Assembly (NCBI GenBank): GCA_049515775.1 | Contig: JBEKTS010000002.1 | Span: 1 to 64,000, forward strand | DNA from: Nitrososphaerales archaeon | Lineage (GTDB): Archaea; Thermoproteota; Nitrososphaeria; Nitrososphaerales; Gagatemarchaeaceae | Length of the DNA stretch: 64,000 nt | Direction of reading: 5' to 3' | Shown: positions 19,316 through 28,266 of the stretch, in pieces | Position numbering within the stretch: the stretch's first letter is position 1 | Layout: each line of letters begins with the position of its first letter | Position numbers and translations under genes: made by a program | Notes under the pieces: model-generated | What the model saw: the letters and a program-made list of their open reading frames with translations, nothing else | The model's database searches: none | What the model was told of the DNA's origin: nothing

Positions 19316-20560
19316 ATGATAGCGGAGGAACGGTCCCACGGCCACAGGAAGCTGCTCGTCGGCCTCGTCGTCGCGATCCTCGTCCTGGGCTCTGCGTTCA
19401 TCTACGTCAGCAGCCTCGGGCAGACCAGCGCCAACGGGTCTACCGTCTCCTCCCTCCAGAGCACCATATCGAGCCTCGAGAGCACCGACAGCTCGCTCCA
19501 GTCCCAGCTCTCGAGCCTGAGCGCCTCCTCCTCGTCTGGGAACTCGTCGGTCTCCGGTATCAACCCTGAACGGATCTACTCCACCGACAGTCGGTCCATC
19601 GTCACCATCCAGGGGAGCGCGCTCGTGACCACCCAGTCGGTCTTCGGCTCAGAGTCGTCGGTGGAGACGGTCCTCGGCTCGGGCTTCGTCGTCTCCGAGT
19701 CCGGCACCTACTACGTGGTCACGAACTACCACGTCGTTAACGGGTTCACCAACATGACCGTCACGTTCTCCGACGGGGACGCCTACCCGCTCAAGGTGGT
19801 CGGGACGGACCCGTACAGCGACCTCGCCGTGGTGAGCGTCACCGGCGCGCCGGCGAGCGAGTTCGCCCCGCTCCAGGTCGTCCCGTCCTCGGATGTCGTG
19901 GTCGGCCAGCCCGTGGTGGTCATCGGGAACCCCTACGGCCTCGAGAGCTCCATGACCTACGGGATAGTGAGCCAGCTCGGCAGGACCATCCAGGAGGCGA
20001 CGACTGGGAACTACTCGATCTCGGGCGTGATCCAGTTCAGCGCCCCGATCAACCCGGGGAACTCCGGGGGTCCGCTCCTGGACGCCGCGGGGGAGGTGAT
20101 AGGCATCACGACGGCGACAGTGAACGGCTCGCAGGGCGTCGGATTCGCGATACCCTCGGACACCATAGCGAGGGAGCTGCAGCCCCTGATCAGCACGGGG
20201 ACCTACGCCGCCCACCCGTACCTCGGCATAGCGGGCGCGGACATGAACTACCAGCTCGCCCAGGCCTCGGGGACGAACGTCACCTACGGGGTCCTCCTAG
20301 AGTCCGTCGTCTCTGGAGGGCCGGCCAGCAAGGCCGGACTGGTCGCCGGCACCAAGACGGTGACCGTCGACGGGACGGAGTACCTCGTCGGTGGGGACAC
20401 CATCGTCTCGATAGACGGGGTCCGGATCGTCAACACCGACGCGCTCGCCACCTACCTTGAGGAGCACACCTCCGTCGGCCAGACCATCCAGGTGGGGTTG
20501 ATACGATCCGGCCAGCTCACCACCGTGTCCCTGACGCTCGGGGCCCGCCCCTCGACCTAG
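19316..20560 (+). CDS. HtrA/DegP-like trypsin-family serine protease with TM anchor, Ser-rich linker and C-terminal PDZ
   Basis: Catalytic triad context TNYHVV / DLAV / GNSGGPLLD. PDZ-like C-terminus. ATG 19316 (GTG 19307 is an alternative). A TATA-like ctaaataagaaa lies upstream. Confidence 0.85.
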   Translation: MIAEERSHGHRKLLVGLVVAILVLGSAFIYVSSLGQTSANGSTVSSLQSTISSLESTDSSLQSQLSSLSASSSSGNSSVSGINPERIYSTDSRSIVTIQGSALVTTQSVFGSESSVETVLGSGFVVSESGTYYVVTNYHVVNGFTNMTVTFSDGDAYPLKVVGTDPYSDLAVVSVTGAPASEFAPLQVVPSSDVVVGQPVVVIGNPYGLESSMTYGIVSQLGRTIQEATTGNYSISGVIQFSAPINPGNSGGPLLDAAGEVIGITTATVNGSQGVGFAIPSDTIARELQPLISTGTYAAHPYLGIAGADMNYQLAQASGTNVTYGVLLESVVSGGPASKAGLVAGTKTVTVDGTEYLVGGDTIVSIDGVRIVNTDALATYLEEHTSVGQTIQVGLIRSGQLTTVSLTLGARPST

Positions 20561-20583
20561 TTCAGAGACAGGCACCAGGGACC

Positions 20584-21009
20584 ATGCTGACCATCACCGC
20601 GGGCCCACAGGCGGGAGACGCCGCGGTCTCCAACGACGGCGAGGCACCCTTCGAGCGGCTCCTCTGGTGGCTCATCGCCGGGGCCGGGGGGCGCACGAGG
20701 CTGCTCCTGCTCCACAGCATCAGGGAAAGGCCCAGGAACGCGCAGAACCTCTCGCAGGACCTGGGGCTCGACTACACGACCGTCAGGCACCACCTGAGGG
20801 TCCTGGAGTCGAACAGGCTCGTGGTAGCGGAGGGAGGCAAGTACGGCAGGGTCTACTTCGTCTCGGAGGCGCTAGAGTCCCGCTGGGAGAGGCTGGAGGT
20901 CCTCAGCACGAGGCAGCTCAGGTCGACGGGCGCCAAGGAGGGGACGACGGGGAAGAAGAACGGGGGGATGAGGAAGAGGAAGAGGAGGGGGTGCCGAACG
21001 ACTCCTTGA
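20584..21009 (+). CDS. ArsR-type winged-helix transcriptional regulator
   Basis: LLLLHSIRERPRNAQNLSQDLGLDYTTVRHHLRVLESNRLVV. Lys/Arg-rich tail. Confidence 0.7.
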   Translation: MLTITAGPQAGDAAVSNDGEAPFERLLWWLIAGAGGRTRLLLLHSIRERPRNAQNLSQDLGLDYTTVRHHLRVLESNRLVVAEGGKYGRVYFVSEALESRWERLEVLSTRQLRSTGAKEGTTGKKNGGMRKRKRRGCRTTP

Positions 21010-21452
21010 CGCCCGCCCATCGGCCCGAGAAGCGCTCCCTGCAGAAGCTGTGGGTCCCGGTCGTGGTCCTGGCGGGCCTCGCCCTCGGCGAGCTCGTCTC
21101 GTTCGCGAGCACGAGCTCCGAGAGGTACGGGCCCCCTCCCGGCGCATTCGGGTACTTCCCACACTTCGAGCCCGACCCGCTGCTCCAGTTCCACGTCGTC
21201 CTCACCACCGTCGAGGTCGCCCTCCTGGTCTCACTGGTGGTGATCTACGTCCGGATGTACGCGCAGACCAAGGCGAACTTCTCGCTCGGGCTCGTCGTCG
21301 TCCTGTTCGCGCTGCTCGTCGAGGCGCTCCTGTCCTACCCCCTGGTGATAGGCTACTACGGGTCGATCTCTCTCGAGCCCGGCCTCTCGCCATCGGCCGA
21401 CGTCCTGACGGTCTGCGCCTATGCGGTCTTCCTCTACCTGAGCCTCGAGTGA
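20991..21452 (+). CDS. Membrane protein (about 4 TM), probable operon partner of the ArsR-type regulator
   Basis: GTG 20991 is the first start in this frame and overlaps the regulator 3' end by 19 nt. Hydrophobic helices LWVPVVVLAGLALGELV, VVLTTVEVALLVSLVVIYV and others. Confidence 0.45.
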   Translation: MPNDSLTPAHRPEKRSLQKLWVPVVVLAGLALGELVSFASTSSERYGPPPGAFGYFPHFEPDPLLQFHVVLTTVEVALLVSLVVIYVRMYAQTKANFSLGLVVVLFALLVEALLSYPLVIGYYGSISLEPGLSPSADVLTVCAYAVFLYLSLE

Positions 21453-21479
21453 CTCGCCGTGGCCTGGCTGACCGCGAGG

Positions 21480-21569
21480 AGAAGCGGAAAATATTTGATT
21501 GCCTGAGACCGGAACACAGCTAAATTGTGTATCAATGTTATATAACAAACATCTGGGCCGAAGTCCAGA
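21480..21569. promoter_or_regulatory. AT-rich intergenic island / promoter region upstream of the OLD-family gene
   Basis: aaaatatttgattgcctgagaccggaacacagctaaattgtgtatcaatgttatataacaaacatctgg is by far the lowest-GC stretch in the window and carries several TATA-like elements. Confidence 0.6.
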
Positions 21570-23222
21570 TTGAAGCTCTCCGCGTTCAAGGTCGAGAATT
21601 ATCGCTCCCTAAAGCAGGTCTCTCTTGAGAACATGGCCGAGCTCAACGTCCTGATAGGTAAGAACAGCTCCGGCAAGTCGAACCTCCTCGAGGCGATGAA
21701 CATGTTCTTCTCCGAGTTCGAGCCGGTGAAGGGCACCACCCCCGGGCTCAACGAGTACCTCTGGCACAAGGGGTCTACGGGACCGGTGGTCTTCGAGGCG
21801 ACCTTCGAGGTCACGGGGGACCAGCTCACCGGGCTCCCCGCCGAGGACCAGGCGTTCCTCGGCTCGGTCTTCGGCAAGACCGTGCCGTCGATACTGAAGA
21901 TAACGCGCACCCTGACCAACGCCCAGGGCGTCTGGAAGACAGACAGCATCGTCTGGGGCATCATCGTGATGGTCAAGGACGACGTCCCGCAGCTCTCGCC
22001 CAACCTGAAGATCGACTCTCCCACCCTGGAGAGGATCCTCAAGATCGTCTCCCAGATGATCAAGAACAGGTTCAGGCTCCTCGGCGCCAGCCGGGACGCC
22101 AGGGGAGGCGACCGGTTCAGGACGACGATGCTCGACGAGAACGCACAGGCCAGCCTCTGGAACCTGCAGCAGAGCACGTCCCTCCGCGACGAGGAGAAGT
22201 ACGTCGAGGTCGAGACGGCCTTCTCGGAGGTCACCTCGCTCCGGCTGGACCCCGCGCAGGCCAGGCTGATGGTGAGGAAGGGGAGCCGACGGTTCCCTCT
22301 CGGCCTCGAGGGCGGCGGGACCCAGGGAGCCGCGAACGTCCTCTTCACCGCCCTGGTGGAGACCGACGACTTTACGATACTCGGGATAGAGGAGCCGGGG
22401 ATCCACGGCCATCCTAGGCTGCAGCGGCGGCTATGCAGGGAGATCGAGAGGATCGCTCAGAGGAGGCAGGTGCTGATCTCGACGCACTCCCCCACGGTCG
22501 TCGACGCCCTCCCCGACGCCTCGATCTGGACGGTCGCGTTCGAGGACGGGCAGACGAGGACGGCGCGGGCCGACGATCTCCGGCGGTTGCTGCGCGAGCT
22601 AGGCTCGAGGCCCAGCGACGCGCTCTTCAGCGACCGCATAGTGGTCGTCGAGGGGGTGCCCGACAGGATGGTGCTGGAGGCCTTCGCGCGGAGGTTGGGC
22701 ATCGACCTCGCAGACGTCGCGTTCGTGACGACCAGGGGCAGCGGGAGCGAGACGCCCGCCAAGGCCCTGGAGGCGCTGGTCTCGGCCGCGGGAAGGGCGC
22801 TGCTCCCCACATTCGTCATCCTGGATGCGGACAGGTCCGCCGAGGCCTCACGGCTCGTCGAGGCGAAGCTCATCCCGAAGCAGCAGGTCCACGTCTGGAA
22901 GGCGGGCTCGATCGAGAGCTACTATCCGGCCGACGTCCTGAGGGAAGCGCTCCAGTCGATCTCCACGCGCTACTCTCTCAATCTGAACGTCGGCAAGTAC
23001 GTCCAGGAGTTCCAGTCGGGGAAGCTCAACCCGAACAGGATCGACATCGGCGACAAGGCGAGGCGCCTCGACTCCTCGTGGGAGATGACGCTGGCGGAGG
23101 AGGTCGCGGGGAGGCTGGAGAGGTCCCAGTCGGACCCACCCACCGAGATAAGGGACACGCTCGCCGCCATCGGGGCCGTCCAGACCGCCGCCCCTCCCGC
23201 CGTCACCTCCAGCCCGGCCTGA
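21570..23222 (+). CDS. OLD-family ATP-dependent endonuclease (ABC-ATPase + TOPRIM), class-1-like
   Basis: N-terminal ABC ATPase: Walker A GKNSSGKSN, signature-like LGLEGGGTQ, Walker B ILGIEEPGIHGHP, H-loop LISTHSP. C-terminal TOPRIM: IVVVEGVPDRMVLEAF (Glu) and FVILDADR (DxD). Confidence 0.8.
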   Translation: MKLSAFKVENYRSLKQVSLENMAELNVLIGKNSSGKSNLLEAMNMFFSEFEPVKGTTPGLNEYLWHKGSTGPVVFEATFEVTGDQLTGLPAEDQAFLGSVFGKTVPSILKITRTLTNAQGVWKTDSIVWGIIVMVKDDVPQLSPNLKIDSPTLERILKIVSQMIKNRFRLLGASRDARGGDRFRTTMLDENAQASLWNLQQSTSLRDEEKYVEVETAFSEVTSLRLDPAQARLMVRKGSRRFPLGLEGGGTQGAANVLFTALVETDDFTILGIEEPGIHGHPRLQRRLCREIERIAQRRQVLISTHSPTVVDALPDASIWTVAFEDGQTRTARADDLRRLLRELGSRPSDALFSDRIVVVEGVPDRMVLEAFARRLGIDLADVAFVTTRGSGSETPAKALEALVSAAGRALLPTFVILDADRSAEASRLVEAKLIPKQQVHVWKAGSIESYYPADVLREALQSISTRYSLNLNVGKYVQEFQSGKLNPNRIDIGDKARRLDSSWEMTLAEEVAGRLERSQSDPPTEIRDTLAAIGAVQTAAPPAVTSSPA

Positions 23223-23309
23223 CGGGGCCGCGGTTCAGCCAGCCAGCCCGCCGGTGCGGCGCCTCGCCCCTCTGACGGTTTTCCTATTTATTAGTGGGGC
23301 CGCCCATCG

Positions 23310-24152
23310 GTGGCCGCAATGTCCAGTTGCGAGGACGAGGCTCACTGCAGCGTGCACTCGGCGGCTGCCAGCCTGGGCGGGAACCTGGCGACCTTCGGGC
23401 ACATCAGCGCGGTCGATAGCATGGGCGTGCCCGAGCACGGGACGGGTCCTGGAGACCGACCTCCCCCCTCCCCCAGGCCCGCGTACGTCCGCACCATCAC
23501 GCTCAGGGACTGGGGACCGGAGAAGGGACGTCCGATCGAATCGGTGGAGACCGAGCGGGTCGGGCGGGTGCCGGCCGCCGAGGGGCTGGGGGAGAGGATT
23601 CTGCGCATCGTGAAGCCCGTCCGCGAGCCCCTCGGGCCCGGGGACTTCATCCAAAGGGCGTCCGAGTTCCTCGGCTCGATCGGGACCGTCCACGTCGCAT
23701 CGCTCGAGGTCGACGGGACCCCCGTCTTCGTCCTCCAGGACGAGGGCTCCGGAGGCTTCCCGGCGGTCGTCCAGAAGGCGAACGAGTTCCTGGACTCGCA
23801 CCCGGGTTCGGTCAGGCAGATGGACCTCAAAGTGTTCGGGAGGAGCGCCTTCTTCTTCCTGGAGATGGTCCTCACCTACAGGCCGGTGCACAGCCCGCAC
23901 GAGCCGGCCCTCTCGGTGACGGTCGGCGCCAAGCCCGTCGCGCTCCACGTCGTGGAGAACGAGACGCTACAGCAGTACAGCGACAGGCTGGAGAGGCTGA
24001 GGTCGGACCCGCAGGCGAGGGCCAACATCGAGAAGCAGGTCGAGGAGAAGGGGAGCGAGCTAGTCGGCGACCTCTCCTATCACATCGCGTCGGCGTTTCC
24101 CGGGGCGCGCTTCAGCGTGATCGAGCAGGACGAGTCTGACGAGAACGCCTGA
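23310..24152 (+). CDS. Hypothetical protein (no recognisable motifs), co-oriented with the OLD nuclease
   Basis: High GC3 coding signal. The ATG sits 18-25 nt downstream of a TATA-like cctatttattag, so the transcript is leaderless. About 280 aa. Confidence 0.5.
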   Translation: MAAMSSCEDEAHCSVHSAAASLGGNLATFGHISAVDSMGVPEHGTGPGDRPPPSPRPAYVRTITLRDWGPEKGRPIESVETERVGRVPAAEGLGERILRIVKPVREPLGPGDFIQRASEFLGSIGTVHVASLEVDGTPVFVLQDEGSGGFPAVVQKANEFLDSHPGSVRQMDLKVFGRSAFFFLEMVLTYRPVHSPHEPALSVTVGAKPVALHVVENETLQQYSDRLERLRSDPQARANIEKQVEEKGSELVGDLSYHIASAFPGARFSVIEQDESDENA

Positions 24153-24230
24153 GAACCCATCGGGTCCTCAGGCGTCCGAGCGAGTGAGAAGCTATAAGAC
24201 GCGTCAGCGCCGAACGGTGCCGCAGAAACC

Positions 24231-25226
24231 TTGGCCGTGCTGATCACCGGAGGGTCGGGGCAGATCGGGAGCTTCTTGTGCAGGAGCCTGCTCCGTTCGA
24301 ACGAGCAGGTCGTCATCTACGACGTCAAGCCCAACCTGGAGAACATCCAGGACTTCAGGGACCGGGTGACGCTCGTCGAGGGCGACATACTGGACAGGGA
24401 CCAGATGGTCGAGACGATACGGAAGCACGACGTCCGGACGGTCTTCCACCTGGCCGCGGTGGTGGTCCTGGAGTCCCGGGAGAACCCCGTCAAGTCGGCG
24501 AGCGTGAACTGCCTGGGCACCGCGAACGTCCTCGAGGCCAGCAGGCAGACCAGCGTCGAGAGGGTCGTCTTCACCAGCTCCTCGGCGGTGATGGGTAGGC
24601 CCGAGAGCTACCTAAAGTCCATCGTCTCCGAGGACGACATACCGCGCTGCCCGCCGGATCCCTACTCGGCCACGAAGGTCATGAACGAGGTCTTCGGGCA
24701 GCACTACTACGCACGGTTCGGGCTCAAGACCCTCTGCCTCAGGATCGCCGCGGGCTGGGGGCCCGGAAGGTACGTCGGCTTCACGGGCGTCTTCAACGAC
24801 ATGATCCGGAAGGTCGCACGGGGGGCACCCGCCACGCTCCCTCCGGACTTCTCCTATCCCCGGGCTCCGCTCCGATGGGTCTTCGTCGAGGAGCTCGGGG
24901 ACTGCCTCGCCTACGCCGGGAGGGTCGAGGAGGCGAAGGTGAAGAGGAGGCTCTACAACGTGGGGACGAGGACCCCGTTCACCCCCGTAGACTTCATAGA
25001 CGCCCTGAGGCGCATCGTCCCCGACGCCAAGCTCCAGGTGGAGTGGCGCGACAGGCCGACGGAGAGCGCGCTAAACGTCGCGGGCCCCTCGGGTCTTGAC
25101 TTCGACTGCACCCGGTTCTACGACGAGCTCGGGTACCGGGAGAGGCTCGGCCTGGTCGAGTCCCTGGAGCGGGCCGTGGCCCTCGAGAGGGCCTTAGGCG
25201 GCCGCGTCGATAGCCCGGATCGATAG
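24231..25226 (+). CDS. NAD-dependent epimerase/dehydratase (extended SDR; UDP-sugar 4-epimerase-like)
   Basis: Rossmann motif MAVLITGGSGQIGSF and catalytic YSATK. Confidence 0.85.
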   Translation: MAVLITGGSGQIGSFLCRSLLRSNEQVVIYDVKPNLENIQDFRDRVTLVEGDILDRDQMVETIRKHDVRTVFHLAAVVVLESRENPVKSASVNCLGTANVLEASRQTSVERVVFTSSSAVMGRPESYLKSIVSEDDIPRCPPDPYSATKVMNEVFGQHYYARFGLKTLCLRIAAGWGPGRYVGFTGVFNDMIRKVARGAPATLPPDFSYPRAPLRWVFVEELGDCLAYAGRVEEAKVKRRLYNVGTRTPFTPVDFIDALRRIVPDAKLQVEWRDRPTESALNVAGPSGLDFDCTRFYDELGYRERLGLVESLERAVALERALGGRVDSPDR

Positions 25227-25284
25227 GCTGGTTTATCTCCTCCCTCCACGGGGACGCCCATCGAGGGAGGCAGGAAGCGCAGCT

Positions 25285-27114
25285 TTGGCCAGCGGGGAAC
25301 CGGTCGCGGATCCGCCCTCCGCGGCGGGCGCCGAGGCCGGGAAGAGGCCGGTCCTGCCCATCCTGGGCATCCTGGACTCGATAGACTTCTCGGGCCACTT
25401 CGTGATCGTGGGGGACGTCGGCACCGGGAAGAGCACCGTGACCCCGATCCACGAGTTCGACCTCTCCGGGAGGACGAGGCAGATTATCGTCAGGGAGCCG
25501 TCGAGGGCGGCCTGCAGCGCTCTCTTCTACTCGCTCTCGGCGCTCCATCCCGAGATGGTCGACGAGCTGGCCGTGATAACGAAGGACACCAAGATCAACA
25601 CGGGCGGGAGGATAAAGCTCGTCACCGACGGGGTCCTCCTGAGGATGCTGGCGGAGAACTCCGTCTTCGACACCTCGATCTACTTCGACGAGAGCCACCA
25701 GATGTCCTCGCAGCTCGAGCTCTGCATGTCGCTCGCCAAGAAGGAGGAGGCGACGGCGCGGAACCTCTTCCGCGTGATGTCGGCCACGATCGACCCGAGG
25801 GAGTTCCTATCGTTCCTGGGGATATCGAAGCTGCACCTGCTGAGCGGGCGCAGATACCCCGTCAGGCTCGAAGTGGAGCTCGCCAAGGACTTCGACGAGA
25901 TGTTCAGGATCCTGTCTCTCTATCTGTACCAGCAGCCCCCGAACGAGTCCTGGCTCGTCTTCCTGCCGACCAGGCGGCTGGTCGAGAAGTACTCGGGCGG
26001 CTACCGCGGCGTCTTCATCCACGGCGGGCTCAACGGCTCGGAGATCAACGTGATCCAGAGGAGGGCCGAGGTCGAGAAGAACCTGCGGATCTTCGCGACG
26101 AACGTGATAGCGTCCTCCGTGAACGTCTACGTCGACAACGTGCTGATCTTCAACGAGGTGATAGACGGCCGAGACAAGCTCGGGGAGAAGTCGCTCCACT
26201 ACAAGAAGATAGACAACAACTCGCTCCTCCAGATGATGGGCAGGATCGGCCGTTTCAAGCCCGGCCGGGCGGTGATCCTCACGGACACCCCGATTCCCAA
26301 GAAGATCGAGCCCGTGGCGGTGCGCAAGTCCCTCGAGACGGAGACCCCCTTCGACCTCGTCCTCCTCATGTCGAAGTACGGCCTGAAGTTCCGGGAGCTG
26401 GAGTTCATGTCCAGGGTCGACCCGAGGGAGGTCGCCTTCGCCGAGGATTGGCTCGTAAGGGTCGACGCCATAGACCGGCGGACGCGCAAGATAACCTGGA
26501 AGGGGGTCCTGATGAGCGAGATCCCCTACGACCCCGACTTTGGGCACATGATATCGTCCGCCATCATCGCCGGGGACTACGACGTCGCCCGCTACCTGCT
26601 GGCGAGCGGCTCGTTCGGCGACTCGCTGAACCACGCCTACCGCACGGAGCTGGAGGGCGTCGCGCGGGACTTCCTGTACGGCTACGACCGCTCGAACGAG
26701 CTCAACATCAAGGCGCACCTCCTCAGGGGCTACTCGGAGGACCCGAACGGCTCGTACGCGTCGAGGCTGGTGGCGAACGGGATCTTCATGGGGTTCGTCG
26801 AGGAGGCCTGGAAGAACTACGAGGCCGCAAGAGACGCGCTGAACGACCTGCTCCTCTCCGCCCAGAGGGAGACGGTCCCCGAGCCGGTCGTCTCGGACCT
26901 CCCCGTCTCCAGGCTCCGGCCCTATCTCGAGGACTGCCTCTCGTTCGAGGAGTTCGGCCTCCACCAGAGGAACGAGCACAACCTGCACCACATGGCCATC
27001 GAGGGCCCGTTCTTCGCGAGGACGGTCACGATGAACTACAGGCGCATCCTGTTCGACATCGTCGCAATGAACCCGCCCGAGATGAAGCGCCACCACCACC
27101 GGGGCAGGCGCTAG
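25285..27114 (+). CDS. DExH-box (HrpA/DHX-like) SF2 helicase with HA2-like C-terminal domain, divergent motifs
   Basis: Motif I VIVGDVGTGKST, motif II FDESHQ (DExH), motif III MSATID, motif V TNVIASSVNV.VDNVLI.NEVIDG, motif VI QMMGRIGRFKPGRAVIL. An HA2-like segment ITWKGVLMSEIPYDPDFGHMI follows. TTG start. Confidence 0.7.
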   Translation: MASGEPVADPPSAAGAEAGKRPVLPILGILDSIDFSGHFVIVGDVGTGKSTVTPIHEFDLSGRTRQIIVREPSRAACSALFYSLSALHPEMVDELAVITKDTKINTGGRIKLVTDGVLLRMLAENSVFDTSIYFDESHQMSSQLELCMSLAKKEEATARNLFRVMSATIDPREFLSFLGISKLHLLSGRRYPVRLEVELAKDFDEMFRILSLYLYQQPPNESWLVFLPTRRLVEKYSGGYRGVFIHGGLNGSEINVIQRRAEVEKNLRIFATNVIASSVNVYVDNVLIFNEVIDGRDKLGEKSLHYKKIDNNSLLQMMGRIGRFKPGRAVILTDTPIPKKIEPVAVRKSLETETPFDLVLLMSKYGLKFRELEFMSRVDPREVAFAEDWLVRVDAIDRRTRKITWKGVLMSEIPYDPDFGHMISSAIIAGDYDVARYLLASGSFGDSLNHAYRTELEGVARDFLYGYDRSNELNIKAHLLRGYSEDPNGSYASRLVANGIFMGFVEEAWKNYEAARDALNDLLLSAQRETVPEPVVSDLPVSRLRPYLEDCLSFEEFGLHQRNEHNLHHMAIEGPFFARTVTMNYRRILFDIVAMNPPEMKRHHHRGRR

Positions 27115-27157
27115 CCCGCGGACCGGCGTCGTTCGTCTTCCGCCCACCCCACGTCGG

Positions 27158-28132
27158 TCACCCCTGCGGCAGCCTCGGCATCCCGTTCTCCGACAGGCCC
27201 CTCACGACCGCAGACCAGGCCGACAGCACGTTCGCCGGTTCGTATCCGCCCCCTCCCATGGCGATGATCCTCCCACCGCAGACCTCGTGGGCCAGGGAAT
27301 GGAGGCGGCTAGTCGCGTGTGCGTGCGCGGCCGGAGAGTAGGCCAGGTGCGTCAGCGGGTCCCCCTCCAGGCCGTCGGCACCGCACTGCAGGAGGATGAG
27401 GTCGGGCCTGGAGCGCCTGACGAGCTCCTCGACCCTCTGGAACGCCCCGACGAACTCCGAGTCCCCGGCGCCGGGAGGGAGGGGAAGGTTCAGCTTCGTG
27501 CCCGCGGCCTCCCCCCGCCCGGTCTCACCGGTCCTGCCGGTGCCCGGGAAGAGGAACCGACCGTCCTCGTGGACGTCCCCTATGATCACCCTGGGGTCGC
27601 CCTCGAAGCCATAGAATACGCCGTCGCCGAAGTGGGCGTCGATGTCGACGTAGGCCACCCTCCCTATCCCGAGGGTCGAGAGGGCCCTGCACACCGCGAC
27701 GGCCGCGTCGTTGAAGACGCAGAACCCCTCGGCCGCCCCCTCCCTGGCGTGGTGCAGGCCCCCAACGGGGTTGAAGAAGTGGTCCAGCCCGCCCTCGAGG
27801 ACCAGCCTCAGCCCGTTCAGCGTGTTCCCGACGGGATAGAGGGACGCCTCGTAGACCCCCTCGAAGGAGGGGGTGTCGCCCCCGTCGAGCGGTCCCGCTC
27901 CGCGGCGAGACGACTCCCTGACGAAACTCACGTAGTCGGGGGTGTGGAACAGGAGAAGGTCCTCCTCGGTGGCTGGCACGGGAGCGACCAGCTCGAACCC
28001 CTCGGCCGAGCCGAGCCACCGGGCGAACGGGACGGTCCGGGCCGCGTTCATGGGGTGCGGGTGCGGGAACGAGTAGAGGTCCGACTCCTTCCCGAACGAG
28101 ACCCCGAGCCTGCAGCCGTCCGGACGCGGCAC
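27158..28132 (-). CDS. Histone deacetylase / acetoin utilisation AcuC-family (arginase-deacetylase fold) protein
   Basis: GGLHHAREGAAEGFCVFNDAAVA, DIDAHFGDGV, GGGGYEP. The N-terminal YSFPHPHPM matches the family N-terminus. Confidence 0.85.
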   Translation of the reverse strand: MPRPDGCRLGVSFGKESDLYSFPHPHPMNAARTVPFARWLGSAEGFELVAPVPATEEDLLLFHTPDYVSFVRESSRRGAGPLDGGDTPSFEGVYEASLYPVGNTLNGLRLVLEGGLDHFFNPVGGLHHAREGAAEGFCVFNDAAVAVCRALSTLGIGRVAYVDIDAHFGDGVFYGFEGDPRVIIGDVHEDGRFLFPGTGRTGETGRGEAAGTKLNLPLPPGAGDSEFVGAFQRVEELVRRSRPDLILLQCGADGLEGDPLTHLAYSPAAHAHATSRLHSLAHEVCGGRIIAMGGGGYEPANVLSAWSAVVRGLSENGMPRLPQG

Positions 28133-28266
28133 GCCCTCTCCGGCGTCGGAGCGGATAATAATCCTGGCGGGAGCCGGCCCCGCGCCGCGCTCCGTCCTCG
28201 GCCGGAGTCCCTTCCACCTCGCCTCGCTCGGGAGGGATAAATATCGAAGGCCGGGCGCCGCCGACC

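Noticed and set aside
21570-27114. Calling the OLD nuclease plus downstream helicase a Gabija system
   Set aside because: GajB is a UvrD-type SF1 helicase immediately adjacent to GajA. Here the helicase is a DExH/HrpA-type SF2 enzyme, separated by two genes including a housekeeping-like epimerase. At most this is an analogy, not Gabija.
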